From: an uncultured virus (IMG/VR IMGVR_UViG_3300042446_001322)
Taxonomy: Duplodnaviria > Heunggongvirae > Uroviricota > Caudoviricetes
IMG/VR virus record: IMGVR_UViG_3300042446_001322
Length of the DNA stretch: 56,305 nucleotides
Direction: 5' to 3' (one strand)
Positions 1-13,800 of this stretch are shown here, piece after piece; within the stretch, counting starts at the first letter, position 1; each line of letters starts with the position of its first letter. The notes below the pieces were generated by a model. That model saw nothing but the letters and a program-made list of their open reading frames with translations, had not been told where the DNA came from and made no database searches. A program made the translations under genes and the position numbers.

Positions 1-3000
1 GCTGTTGATTTAGCTGTTGATGGATATAGAGCTGTTAATACTACACTTAAAGAAGCAAATAGTATCAATGGTGCTAGAAAAATGTGGAAAGGAGCAGAAA
101 CTTTTGGCAATAATAAACTTGTTAAATTTTTAAATCCACTTGAAAATACATATAGTGCAGTTATGGGCATTGGTAAAAATGCAGATAACTTAACAGGTCT
201 TGCAAGATTATCACGTGAAACTAGTAAAACAGCAGGTGGTTTATTCAGAGATGTAAGAAATATTAATATGGCATTATCAGAAGCCCGTCTAGAAGGTGGT
301 ATGAATGATAATAAAGTATATGATGAATTATATGATGAATACTACAGAAAGAATGAAAGAGCTCCAAGTGATGAAGAGCAATATGAAATGACTAAAACTG
401 CAAAAGCATCTGGTATAAATACATTGATGTGGAATACTGCATTAATATTTGCATCAAATAAAATTGTACTTCCTAACTTAATGAAATCCGGTGCAGGTAA
501 AAATGCAATTGGTAATAAGTTAGATGATGTATTAACCATGAAAGATGGTAAAGTTGTACTTGAAAAAAAATTTGATGCAGGTAAAAAAATTGCAAAAGGT
601 GAATTTACATATGTTGCTAATTCATTTAAAAACTCACTTAAAGGATTTAAAGCTGCTCCAATTAGAACTACTGCTAAAGTAGCTGGAACATATCTAAAAG
701 GTAATTTACTTGAAGGTGTTCAAGAAAACTTACAAGATGTTATATCAGTAGCTAATGAAGAATACTATATTAATTCATATAAGAATAAAGAATTAGGTGC
801 TCACTTATATAATAAATCACAAAGTTCATTAATGCTAGATGGATTAAAAAATCAATTCTCATCACAGGGATTTGAAACATTTGCTTCAGGTGCATTAATG
901 GGTTTATTTTCTGGTGGATTAAACTTAATTAAAGGAGGTTTAGATGCAGGTTATAATAATATATTTAATAAAGAAGAATATAATACATATAAAGCAGAAA
1001 GAAAAACACATGGTGAAAATGTAGCAAAACAATTAACTGCATTGTATAATGACCCTAATGAATTCTTTGACCCAAAGTTATTTAATTATGGTAATCAAAA
1101 TAATGTTGTAGCAAATACAGAAGATGCAGATACTAAAGATAAAAAAGATGATTTGCGTGATGCATTCATGAGTCAAGTATGGACATCATTAAGTTCTAAT
1201 ACACTTAATTATTTTAAAGATCATATCTCTTCATTTAAAGATGTAACACCAGAAGAGTTTGAAGATGCATTTGGATTTGAAAAAGGTACTGGTATTGAAA
1301 GACAAGGTAAAATTGATACTATTATATCTAAGATAGATGATGTTAAAAAAACATATGATTATGCAAGTGATAGATTTCCTAATCCAATTGACTTAAGTAA
1401 ATATGATAAAGCTTTACCTGAATATAGAGAAGCAGCATTACTTAGTAGAGCTTGGAATGAAGGGGTAAGGCAATATGTTTTTTCAAACCATAAATATATG
1501 GACAATGTTGATAGAATGGTAAGTATTTCTGGTACCATTCTAGATAATCCATCTATGAAAAAGATGTCTCAAACAGACATGCAAATGATACTTCAACCTT
1601 CAAAAATAAATGATGAAGTACAATTACTTAAATCAGAAATAGAAGGGCTTAGTCAATTAACTGATTCTAAGTCTAAAGCAGAATTATTAAAAAAACAAAA
1701 TAAAGTAACAGCTTTAGAAGAATATGCATCTGCACATAATATGCATGAAGCATACTATAACAGTTCTACAAGAGATCAGTTTATTAATGATTTATTTGAA
1801 GAAGTAAAAAAACAACAAGGTGTTGCAGAATTAACAGAAGATGATAAAAAACAAATACTTGAGATTCAAGAAAATGCAGTTGATAATGATTTAGAATTAG
1901 CATATAAAAACTTTTTAAAAGTTGCAAATGGCATTGATTCATCTTATATATTTGATACTGATGTTGATGAAAGTTTTAGTAAGCTTAAAGATCATTATAA
2001 AATAGATGAAGAAACAAAAGATCTTGTTAAACAAATTAATTTAATGCATGACCCAAAGTTTTTTATGGGTCAAGTTAATAAATCTAAAGTTTGGATGACT
2101 AATATGTACAATAATAGAAAAGACTATTTTGTAGATATGGTTAATAAGCAAATTAATGGATTAGAAAATAATACATTCTTAAATGCATTAGCTGATAAAA
2201 ATATATTCATGGATCTTGAAGAATTTCAAAATTATATGGATAATAATGTTCCACCTAAAGAATTTCTTAATGATACTACAAAACAAGTAATAAAACCAGG
2301 TACTATTGAATATGCATTAATATTTGATATGCTACAAAAGAATAAAGAATTAAAAACTCAAGAGACATCAAAAGAAACATTTGAAGAAAAATTACAAACA
2401 GTACTTGATGGTTTAGATATAGCAGAACAAAAAGAAATTGATAAGCTAGAAAAAACTGAAGTTAAAACTAAAGTTAAAACAGTTAAGAGAGAGGGTATAA
2501 AAATTAAAGATGTTGCTATTGAAATTGCACTTGGAGAATATGTAGATATAACAATTGAAAAAACAGATCAGGTATTAACATTATTTAGTTCTGCTGAAGG
2601 ATTAAGAAATAATAATAAAGATGGTGACGTAATTAGCATTAAGGATATCAAGGATACATTCTCTGAATATACAATTTATAAACTTGAACTTAAACCAAAT
2701 GCAGCAGAGGTTAAAGAAATAAATAAAAAATATACAGATCTTAAGAAAGAAGCAATAGATAAATTTAAAGCTGAAAAAAGTAAAAATGAATTAAAACAAT
2801 ATTCAATATATACTGAGTTAAAAGATTTCCCTAAAGACTTATACAAAGAGTTGCAGGCTGAATTTAATAAATCTGAAGAACTAGCAGCTGCATCTGATGA
2901 AGACTTATCTGATGAAGAGATATTAGATATGTTTAAAGCATTTATTGAAAAAGATGCTAATGCTAAAACTATTATAGATAATTATAATGGTAAAAATGCA

Positions 3001-4881
3001 GAAGAAGTAAAAAAAGAAGAATCTGGTGAAATAGAGGAATTTGATTTTCAATATAATAATAAAACTGAAAACACTTCTAAATTTGATAATGAGCAAATAA
3101 AAACTTTAAGTAGTCAATTTAAGAATTTTAGAGATAGTGAAACTGATCCTGTAAAAAAAGAATATTATGCAAAGGTGGTTAATGATTTTAAAAAATTAAT
3201 TGCTACACGTTTACTAAAAAGCTATAAACCTGATATACAAGAGACAATAAGAATTATAAAAGAAAAGTTAACTGATCAACAAGGAAGAGCACAAAAAATA
3301 GGTCAACTGGGTTATTTAGTAAATAATAAAATTCTTGAAAGAGTAACTAATTTTATACAAGGTTTAAAAAGTAATAAATATAAATACACAGGAAAACAAA
3401 TAATAACTAATGCTTTTGATATTACTATTAATAAAACTGGATTGAATAAAGAAAGCATTGATGCTTTCATGACTGAGATTGATGAAAAATTAATGCCAAC
3501 TCCAACAAAAGATACAGGATATACAAAAGATACTCTTGATGGTGTTGCATCCACTTCAAATAATTTAAGAAATTACTTAAATGATATACTTGAAAATAAA
3601 GAAACAAATGGTCTTAAGAGTAAAAAAGATCAGTTAGATGCAATACAAAAATATATATCTGATAATGCATATGAGTATACAAGAAAAGCTGGTGATTATT
3701 TAGATGAGCAATTAAAAAGTTTCTTTACTAAAGGAGAAAAACCAGAATTTAAAGAATCAGAAATTATTAGAGAAGCATTTGATGATATATTTGGACCTAA
3801 AGGTTTTTTAAAACCCATTAAACAAAAAATAGATTCAGGTGAGTTATATGTATTAGCAAAAAATCTTGTAGTATTTGATGAAGAAAGTGGTATTGCTGGT
3901 GAAATGGATTTACTGCTTATTGATAAACAAGGTAAATTACACATAGTAGATTTTAAAACTGGTGAACAAAAAAAATGGAATGGCTTTGTTGAAGGAACAG
4001 ATTCAGGTTTAAATAAAACTGAAGACTATACTCTACAACAATATACTTATGCTAGATTATTAAAAAAGATGACAGGACTTGATGCTGAAATAAACATCAT
4101 GCCTATTGAAATAAATATTAATAAATATAGATATCAAATTGGAACTGTAAATGAACCTACTAATAAAAAGTTATTAGGTTTAGATAATTGGTATTTTCCA
4201 TTAGATCCTAATTTTGCTGATGCTAAAACTAAAATAGATAAAGAAATTAGTATTACAGAACCTGTTATTACTGAGCCTGTTATTACAGAACCTGGTATTA
4301 AAGTAGCTACAGAAGTAAAATTAAGTGATGAAGATAAAACTAAACTAGGTAGACTTGGTTATAAATCTGAATTTTATAGACAGCTTTCTAAAGAAGACTT
4401 AACAAAAATACTTCAAGATAGTATTCCAATTGAAGTGTTTACTAAAGAGCAAACAATAACTGAAGAAAAACAAGTTACAAAAGTATCTGAACTTACTTTT
4501 AAAAATGGTGATACTGTTATAGTTGAGAAAACAATACCTGGTAGAAAAAATGATCCTGATTTTGCTTCAGTAGGTGCAGTAATAACTGTTATAGAAACTA
4601 CAGAAAAAGGTGTCAGATTTACATACATGGGACGCCAAAAAACATTATCTTTGTCTGAGTTAGATAAATATGTTACAACAAAAACTATTGAGAAAACTAA
4701 AGAAGCTGAAAAGGGTGATGAAGTTTTAGATGCAATAGATCAAGACTTAATTGCTGAGTCATTAAAAGTATTAAAAGATTTTATTTCTAGTGATACAAAT
4801 ATAAATAAAGCAAAAACAAATGCTAATGATAAAACATTAGTAGAGATTTATGATGAATTATTAAAATACTTAGATTGTTAA
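1..4881 (+). CDS. Giant virion cargo protein with C-terminal PD-(D/E)xK nuclease-like domain (5'-truncated)
   Basis: Frame is open from base 1, so the true start lies outside the window. Motif GIAGEMDLLLIDKQGKLHIVDFKTG...YTLQQYTY at ~3890-4050. Directly precedes the virion RNAP gene. Ends in Cys. Confidence 0.7.
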   Translation, partial: AVDLAVDGYRAVNTTLKEANSINGARKMWKGAETFGNNKLVKFLNPLENTYSAVMGIGKNADNLTGLARLSRETSKTAGGLFRDVRNINMALSEARLEGGMNDNKVYDELYDEYYRKNERAPSDEEQYEMTKTAKASGINTLMWNTALIFASNKIVLPNLMKSGAGKNAIGNKLDDVLTMKDGKVVLEKKFDAGKKIAKGEFTYVANSFKNSLKGFKAAPIRTTAKVAGTYLKGNLLEGVQENLQDVISVANEEYYINSYKNKELGAHLYNKSQSSLMLDGLKNQFSSQGFETFASGALMGLFSGGLNLIKGGLDAGYNNIFNKEEYNTYKAERKTHGENVAKQLTALYNDPNEFFDPKLFNYGNQNNVVANTEDADTKDKKDDLRDAFMSQVWTSLSSNTLNYFKDHISSFKDVTPEEFEDAFGFEKGTGIERQGKIDTIISKIDDVKKTYDYASDRFPNPIDLSKYDKALPEYREAALLSRAWNEGVRQYVFSNHKYMDNVDRMVSISGTILDNPSMKKMSQTDMQMILQPSKINDEVQLLKSEIEGLSQLTDSKSKAELLKKQNKVTALEEYASAHNMHEAYYNSSTRDQFINDLFEEVKKQQGVAELTEDDKKQILEIQENAVDNDLELAYKNFLKVANGIDSSYIFDTDVDESFSKLKDHYKIDEETKDLVKQINLMHDPKFFMGQVNKSKVWMTNMYNNRKDYFVDMVNKQINGLENNTFLNALADKNIFMDLEEFQNYMDNNVPPKEFLNDTTKQVIKPGTIEYALIFDMLQKNKELKTQETSKETFEEKLQTVLDGLDIAEQKEIDKLEKTEVKTKVKTVKREGIKIKDVAIEIALGEYVDITIEKTDQVLTLFSSAEGLRNNNKDGDVISIKDIKDTFSEYTIYKLELKPNAAEVKEINKKYTDLKKEAIDKFKAEKSKNELKQYSIYTELKDFPKDLYKELQAEFNKSEELAAASDEDLSDEEILDMFKAFIEKDANAKTIIDNYNGKNAEEVKKEESGEIEEFDFQYNNKTENTSKFDNEQIKTLSSQFKNFRDSETDPVKKEYYAKVVNDFKKLIATRLLKSYKPDIQETIRIIKEKLTDQQGRAQKIGQLGYLVNNKILERVTNFIQGLKSNKYKYTGKQIITNAFDITINKTGLNKESIDAFMTEIDEKLMPTPTKDTGYTKDTLDGVASTSNNLRNYLNDILENKETNGLKSKKDQLDAIQKYISDNAYEYTRKAGDYLDEQLKSFFTKGEKPEFKESEIIREAFDDIFGPKGFLKPIKQKIDSGELYVLAKNLVVFDEESGIAGEMDLLLIDKQGKLHIVDFKTGEQKKWNGFVEGTDSGLNKTEDYTLQQYTYARLLKKMTGLDAEINIMPIEININKYRYQIGTVNEPTNKKLLGLDNWYFPLDPNFADAKTKIDKEISITEPVITEPVITEPGIKVATEVKLSDEDKTKLGRLGYKSEFYRQLSKEDLTKILQDSIPIEVFTKEQTITEEKQVTKVSELTFKNGDTVIVEKTIPGRKNDPDFASVGAVITVIETTEKGVRFTYMGRQKTLSLSELDKYVTTKTIEKTKEAEKGDEVLDAIDQDLIAESLKVLKDFISSDTNINKAKTNANDKTLVEIYDELLKYLDC
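4252..4296 (+). repeat. 15-bp in-frame tandem repeat x3 (ITEPV-ITEPV-ITEPG linker)
   Basis: attacagaacctgtt / attactgagcctgtt / attacagaacctggt. Confidence 0.85.
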
Positions 4882-4885
4882 TATT

Positions 4886-7800
4886 ATGGTAAACTGTTCA
4901 TTATCACCAACACAAGTTGAAAATTTATATAAGTTAATATATAAACAAATGCTTAATTCTTTAGAGGATAATTCTTTTAATCAAGAAGCATTTATGACTG
5001 ACCTATTTGAAAAAATAGAACAAAAAGCAGATATTAATACAGCATCTACTTTTTTACAAGTTGTACCTGTTTTAATGAAAGAGGCACTTGAACAAGATGA
5101 ATTAGGAAATGTTAATTTTGATTTAAATATTAATAGGGAATTAATAAATAACTTTAAAAATACAGAAAACGGATTATTTAAAACATTAAAATATTTTAAA
5201 CCTGAAGCTACTTTAGCAGATTTAGAAATCAGTATGGAAATAGAAAAAGGTATAATAAATACTCCTGAATCAGATCAAGGTGATGAATTAACTGATATAC
5301 TTAATGATCCATTTAGATGGCAAGCAGATGATGCTTTAACTTCTACAATGCAAGAACTTTCTACTAGAAAACCTGATGAAAAAGACACTGGAGCTAAAGA
5401 AAAAAAAGATCCTAATAAAGAAAGAATATATAGAGCAATAAGAAAGATTAAAGAAAAAGGTGTAAGAAAAGAAGGTGGACCTGAATTAATTTATCAAGGT
5501 AAAGTATTAAAATTAAAAACAGTAAAATTATTAAGTCTTAATGCTAAAAATTTACTTGATAAAACTACTGTTGCATTTGTAATAAAAAGTAATTCAATAG
5601 TAGATCAAGGTACTAGTCTAGAAGATGTAACTCCTGCTAAAGATATAATTGCATTAGTAGTAACTGATGAAAATGGTGTAGAATTATTTTTTGATGAAAA
5701 TGGAAACATATCTACTAAAGAAGAAGGTGGTCAAATTGTATATCAATTTTTAAGAGATGTAAGAACTGAAAAAGATTCTAATAAATTAAGAGTTACAGAC
5801 ATATATGGTTTAGAAGATAGAATTCTTTCACCTGCAGAATTAATTGAAAAAGATGCTCATAATAGTAAAATGAGTATGGAGTCATATAAAAAATGGTTAA
5901 TTGACCAGGGTACTACATATGAAGAATTACTTGTTGCAGTAGATAATAAACAACAAGAAAGCTTTAAAGAATTACAAAATTTAAGAGATGATGCACGTGC
6001 AGATAAACCTAAATTATTAAACATAACAGATATTAGTGCTGGTATTACTGATGTTTTCTTTTCTGAAACAAGTACAACATTAGATGACTTTCTTACTAGT
6101 AGTAAAAAAACATTTGAAGATTTAGATCTTCAAATTAATCCAGATAAATTTACTGCTCAAGTATATGTAAATGATACTTATTATACAATTGATAGACCTA
6201 ATTTACCTGAAGAATACATAAATCAAATTGCTGCTGTATTAGTAAATCCTAAATTAACTAATGAACAGAAAAATAATTTTTATTTACAGTTTACTAATAA
6301 TAATATTAATAGAGATAAAAGAAAATTACTTGTATTTTATGATTCAGTAACAAAAGAATTAACAGCTAAATATAGAACTAAGTCTTCTGAAAGTGCTCAA
6401 TTATTTGATTTATCAGCTTCTGGTGCTGAAAAAATTATAATTGACAGTTTATTGTATGAAAGTACATATGTTAAAACTAATGGTGAAACAGAAATTTATG
6501 CTACTACCATGGGTTATAATAAAGATTTACTTATAAGTAAAGGTGTCAGTAAATTTTATACATATGACCGTACTACTGATAAACTTATAGCTAAGTCATA
6601 TAAAGATTTTCTTAATGGATTAGACTTAAAAGTTTTAAAACCAGATACTGAAAAAAATGATAAAGATAAAGCAGTAAATAATCCATATTTTCAATTTAGA
6701 ATTGATAAAGATTTTATTGCTGAAACAGAAGAAGTTAAAGAAGCAACAACATCTACTCCTGTAGATAAAATTAAAGAAACTAAAGATAACCTTGTTGCTA
6801 AATTAAAAGTTAATAAAGATTTATCTGGTACTATATACAGTGGTAAAGCACTTACAGATGCTACATTTGAAATGATGATAGATGGTGTACGTGTAGAAGG
6901 TAGATATGAGGATGGTAAACCAATTGCAGGTATAAAAATTGGTGATCCGGTAACATTTATAGTTAATGATGTATCTCCTACTATAACTGATGTGATATCA
7001 ATATATAAAGGAGATAAAAAAATAGGTCAAGTAAGTCAAACTGATTTTACCTTAAAACCAAAAACTCCTAAAGCAACTGTTACTCCACAACAAAAAGCAG
7101 CTGAAAAAGATAAACCACTTACTAATCCAGATAAAGTTGGTCAAGCTGATGATACAACTGGTATAAGTGATGCATTTGATTTAAATAGATCTGCTAAATT
7201 ACCTAATAATGTTACTCAAGAAGAAATTACTGCTGCTCAAGAATGGTGGGATAATTCTCCATTATCTAAACTTATTAAACTTGAGCACATGGCTAACATT
7301 GTTAACTCTGATGTTTATGCAAGATTTATTATAGCAGGTAAAAGATTAGAGGATACTAAAATACAATTAGATACTGCTACTGGTAGTTCTGCTGTAGATT
7401 TATACCATGAAGCTTGGCATGCATTTTCTCAATTATATTTAACTAAGGATCAAAAAACTAAGTTATATGCTGAGACAAGAAAAAGATTAAATAACTATGA
7501 TCTTTCTCCAATTGAAGTAGAAGAAATTATTGCTGAAGACTTTAGAGATTATGCTAAAAATCCTCAAACTATAAAAGATGGGCCAACAAGAAATAGTTTA
7601 TTCAGAAAAATCTGGAATTTCATTAAAGCATTATTTGGTAAACAAAATACTAAAGATGAGTTATTTGAGAAATTATTTTTTGCAAGTAAAAACCCTAAGC
7701 TTTTAAACAAATATACTCCACTTGTTGATAACCATATGTTCAACACTCTTAATAGAGCAAGAGGTATAGTCAACACTGAAACAAAAGAACTTGTTTTAAA

Positions 7801-10800
7801 TTATCAAGATAGTCTTAAGGTATCAAATCAAATTGATTCTGCTTTATCACAGATTATTGATGAAGTGTATAATGATAGACTTAATAAAAATATTAATAAA
7901 GTTAAAGATCTAGCAGGAAATATAGTAACAGTAAATAAAACTGGAACTATTCAGATATTAACTATTGATAAAAATAAAAAAGAAGCTTATGCTAGAATTG
8001 AATTAAGATTTAATAAAAGACTTGATAAATTCAAAACAGAACTAGAAACTACTCCTCAAGAAGATTTTAATAAAAGAAGTTTATTAAATAATAAAATAAG
8101 AATAATAGAAGAAGCACTTGCTAATTGGGATAATGTATTAGAGTTTCATAAAGAACACAGTACATTTGATTTAATTAAACAAAAGTACATTGAAATAAAT
8201 GAAGAAGAAACTGAAATAGATGAAGATAAAACTGGTACAGAAGTTGTTGAAGAATCTGAAGCAGTATCTAAAAGTGAAGTAGGTGAAAAATCATTATTAC
8301 AATTAGCTGAAAAAGAAACTCTTTACATTCTAAAAAGTCTATTTAAAATAGTTGATGGTAAACAAGTAGAAGGGCCATTAGGTTTTCCAGAATTAGTTGA
8401 CTTTAGTAAAATATGGAATACAGTTACTAAAGTAATTGGAGGTGAAAAGAATCCAGTTAAAATGTATCTTAAACTTCAAGAAGCTATACCTTTTTATCCA
8501 GAATTAGCACAACTTGTAAATAATAAATTCCCAGATCCAAGAAATATTAAAACATTACAAGAATTTAATATCAAAGCAGCATTTTGGCAAGATTTTAAAA
8601 AACCTTTAATAAGATATGTTCAATTAACAGTTGATACAGATAAAGAAACAGGTAATTATAAATCTGAAGTAACTGATGCTTCAATTGAATTTAAAAATAT
8701 TATAAATAGTTTTAAGAGTGCATTTAATTCATCTGCAGAAACTAAATATATCAGTAAAAATGAAAATAATAAATCAGCATTAAAACTTGATACACTAATT
8801 AAAGCTTTTCCTACTACTGCATCTATTGCTTTACCTGCACAACAGATTGAATTTGTTAATGCATTAGGAATTGGTTTACAAGATTTAAAAAGTATTAAAG
8901 ATGAATTAGGTTCTAAAGACTATAGTATTTTTTATATATATCAAATTGCAAAAGCAGTTGATACATTAAATAAAGATTCTAAACTTAGTAATAATGAGCA
9001 AAAAGAATTTATTAAAAAATTCATAGATAATCCTATTGATGCATTATATGGTAAAATACCTGCAGGTATATATAAAACTACTACAAGTGAAAAAGCTGTA
9101 ATACAAAACTTAGCAAAATTACAAAGTAAATATGGTAATAATTATGCAAGTTTTAGTGTATTAAATGCAGAGAAAAAACTTGTAAATGAATTTACAGAAG
9201 ATAGTAGTGTTACTATGATAGTAGATGCTATTAACAATGTTAAAAATGGTAGAGATTTATGGATGAATAAAGGATATAACTATATGAGTTACCTTAATCC
9301 ATTGATAAACGGTTTTACTGAGCAATCACAATTACTTAAAAGTATATTTGAGGTTGAAGAAAATACATGGGCAAGAAGAGGAGATGCTAAGTTAGATCTT
9401 GTAATGGTGTCTGGTACTCAAATAGTAAATCTTGATGGTGCTAATACTACTTCTCTTGATGTACATAGTAAATATATTCAAGAATTAAACATGATGTTAA
9501 AATCAGGTTTCCAAGAATTTATGAGACATGCTTCTAAGTCATCATCATTTGGTATGAAGTCTAATAAGTTAAACTTATATGTTGACATTGAAAAATTTAA
9601 ACCAGGAGGAGATGCTAATCAATACGCTGTTGATAATATATTTTTAGGTTATATCCAAGCTGAGTTACTTAGAATACAAAAAATAAGAGGAAATAAAGAA
9701 GAGTATAAAAAATATGTAGGTTATAATAGAGAAATTAAATCTGCAGATGGTAAAACTGTTCTTGGAATGGCTGGTGAGTTCTTTACTGCATTTGATAATA
9801 TATTAACTAAAGATACTAAAGAAGAGATAATTGAAAAAGTAAAAGATGGTAAATTACTTGATTATTTAGAGTCAGACCCTAAATTAAAAGAAGATATAAC
9901 TGAGCAAGTAAGTGCATATTTTGAAAGACAGTCTGCTGATAACAAGAAAGATTTTCAAAAATCTAAATGGATTGACCCAGCATTAACAAATAAATTAAAA
10001 GTTTATGAATTATCAACAGATGATGAAGAAACTACGCTTATTAAAGCACATACAATGAATGCATGGATTCATAATTTTGAGACTGCTAGTTTAATATATG
10101 GTGATATTGTACAGTATAATCATGCTAAACAAGAATTACATAAAAGAAATCCAGGTTCTACTTCAGGTGGTAGAGGATTCATGGATGATCTTTATACTCA
10201 AAACTTTTTAAATAGTGACTTAATTAAAGGTACATCATATGGTGCTAAACTTGCAACTATGGATGAATTTGGTAGTGATTATGCTCCATTTAGTTACAGT
10301 AACACTTATAATACTGCTATTATGCAGGAAGTTAAAAGAAGTTCAGTATATGTTAAAAATATTGAAAAAGGTCTAAGAGAAGATTATAAAAACAGAGGAT
10401 TATCTCAAGCAGAAATTGATAAAAGACTTCTTAAAGAATTAAAACCATATAAAGATATGGAAGAGGGTGATGGTCAAGGTTATATAACTATTGATGCATA
10501 CCGTCTATTAAGACTTGCTGAAAAGAATTGGTCATCTGAACAAGAAGATTTATTCCAAAAAGTAATTAGTGGTAAAGAAGTTAGTACTGAAGATATAACA
10601 CAAATCTTTCCTGTATATAAATTACAACACTTTGGCCATTTAGCTAATACACCATTACCGGTTAATGCAATGCATAAATTTGCATTGATGCCATTAATTC
10701 CATCACTTATTGTTGGTTCTGATTTAGAGTCATTACATCACCAAATGATGAAAGGTAATATACAATATGCTACATTCCAAACTGGTTCTAAAGTAGGTAG

Positions 10801-13800
10801 TGTAACATCTCAATTAAATAAAGATGGTAAAGCAGTAGCAGATCAGATATATGATGATAATGGTGCTCAAAAAACATTAAAATCAGATATTGCTTTTACT
10901 CCAAATACAATATACTTAGCATATCTTAAAAATGTTACAGCTGTTCCAATTAAATTAAAAGGTAAAACAGTATTCTCTACTCAGTTAAGAAAACTTATTA
11001 TTGAAGGTTTATATGAGAATGGTAAATTAGTTAATCAAGAATATGCACCATTTGTTAAAGCTTATGAAGATGCTGTAAATGGTTATACTGAAATACTAAA
11101 AACTGAATTATTAAATGAAATTGGTTATGAATATAAAGATGGTAAATATGTTAGTGGTAATATAACTAAATTCATGGATGTAGTTCAAAGAGAACTTACT
11201 AGAAAAGATTTACCAGAACATTTAATTGACTATATTCAAGTTGGTTCTAATAATGTTTTAACAAAAGATTTATCATTACATATGCTTTCAGGAGACATTG
11301 AAAAAATGATAACATCACTTGTTGAAAAAAGAATCATAAAACAAAAAGTAAAAGGTGAAGCATTAGTACAGGTTGCTAGTTCTTTAACTAATGGATTATG
11401 GGATTCAGGTTTTAAATTTGAAAAAGCTCAAACTGCAGAAATAGAAAAATACTTAGGTACTAATAACTTACCTTTCTATAATCCAGGTGAAAATGGTAAT
11501 ACATCTGCAATGAAAGTTGCTATTGCATTACAAGGTGATTTTAAAAATCTTTTAAAACTGAAAGATCTTGATGGTGTAGAAATAGGTACAAGAGAAAGAT
11601 TAAATGTATTAATTAAAAATGATGAGTGGTTAAATAAAGGCAATAACCGGAAATCTGTTACTTTATCAGCTGTAAGGATCCCTGTACAAGGAATGAACTC
11701 TATGGAGTTTATGGAAGTATATGAATTTTTAGATCCAGCTGCAGGTTCTATTATTATTCCTCCATCAGAAATTGTTGCTAAATCAGGAGCAGATTATGAT
11801 GTTGATAAGCTTACTACATTCATGCCTAATATAGATGAAAATGGTAATTATGTAACATCTAATATATCTGAGGAAACATTAAAAAAATTAATTGCAAATG
11901 CAGAATCTAAAGGTGATAAAGCTGAAGTAGTTAAATTAATTGCATTACAGAAAAAAGCAATTGAAAATAGATTAATTGATTCTATCAGAGGTATATTACA
12001 ACTACCTGATAATTATGCTACATTAGTAAGACCAAATGAAACTTACTTAATGAAAGATATTGCAGATGAGTTAGTAGACTCTTCACCTGAATATGGAAGA
12101 TATAAAACTATTAGTCCAACAAATACATTAGAGGTAGGTTATAATCTAGCTAAACATGATTATAATATGACAGGGAAAGATGTATTAGGTATTATTGCTC
12201 TTGAAAATGCATTACATCCATTGTATACAGCATTAGGTGCTGCTTTACCAAAAACATATTATGGTTCAGTTAAAAATAAAAGGACTAAAAAATATGAAGA
12301 TGATAAAAGTATAATCTATGATATGAGATTATTACTTGATCATAATAAAACTGAAGATGGAAGAATTTCTTTATCAGGTATTAATAGTGTAGATGGCCAA
12401 GATAAAATAGCAGATTTATTTTCACATTTAATGAATGGTTCTGTGGATGTTGAGAAAGATGCATGGATTTTCTTTATTCAAGCTAATAAAGAACTTATAC
12501 CAATGTTGTTGAATTTACTTAAAGCTGGTGTCCCAAAAAGACAAGCAGTTTATTTTATATCTCAACCATTAGTAAAAGAATATGCAAATCAACAAAGACT
12601 ATATGCTAGTACATATGCAAATCTTACTGGTAAAGAAACATTACCTGATGAAAATGCAAAATATAATGCTCTTCAAGCTACATTAAAACAAACTGATATT
12701 AGTCAAGCTATTTTTAAAGCAAATGAAAATAGATTAAATAATACATTAGATAATCTTAATCCTAATACTATTATAAAAGTAAAACCAAAAAATAATAAAG
12801 ATTCATTTGAAATTACTGTTAAAGAATTTAAAAAATTTATTACTGAAGGTGAGATTAAATTAGACTATACTGATGCATTACTTGATATTAAAGGTAATGT
12901 AATATTTAAAAGTATAATTGCAGATCCTAATAATGCGTTTTATCACCCAATGTCTACTCCAAACTATAAAGATGTTGTACTTGCAGCAACTGAAGGTATG
13001 GATAAGTTTACTACAGCTGATTTAAAAGAGACAATGGAAAGTAATGATACTACAAGTCCAAAAGCTATTGCAATGTTCTTACATTACCTAGAATATGAAA
13101 GGCAAATAAAAGATATGGCTGATCTTAAAAGACAGTCAAATCCTGATACTGCTACTTCTAAAACTATACAGGAGATCATGCAAAGAAAAATTGGTTTAGA
13201 TATTTTATCTAGGTCATCTAAAATAGATCAAGATTTAGTAAGAAAATTAAGAGAAGAGTCTATATTAGGATCTTTCTTTGATAATGTTATTACTCAAGAT
13301 TTAGTAGAACCTTTATTTCCATTAACAGATGATAAAAGAGTATCTGATTATTTACTTAATTATATTAATAATAATAACATTCCACTTAAATTTGGTGAAG
13401 GAGCAGATGGCATAACTAATTTTATCACATCATTTAAACAAGCAATGGTAAATTATATTTATCAAAACAGATTAAATGAGATAATAACTACTAAAGAGTC
13501 ATTCCCAGGTGTACCAGAATTATTTAATTCTTTAAATCACCAAGCATATGTGACTAGATTTATGAGTATGATAAGTGAAAATACTCACTTAAAAGAATTG
13601 TATTCAGTACTAGAACAGATTACTGATGTACCGGTAAATATATTTGATTCTAAAACTAAGCAAATTAAAGGTCAGATATCTGTATTAACATTAAACAATA
13701 AACCTGTAGTAAAAGGAGCACTATCTGATAGTTATCATCAAAACTTAATTGATCTTGCTGATGAAAATGTTATTAAAGTAAAAGATCCAGTTAAGAATAA

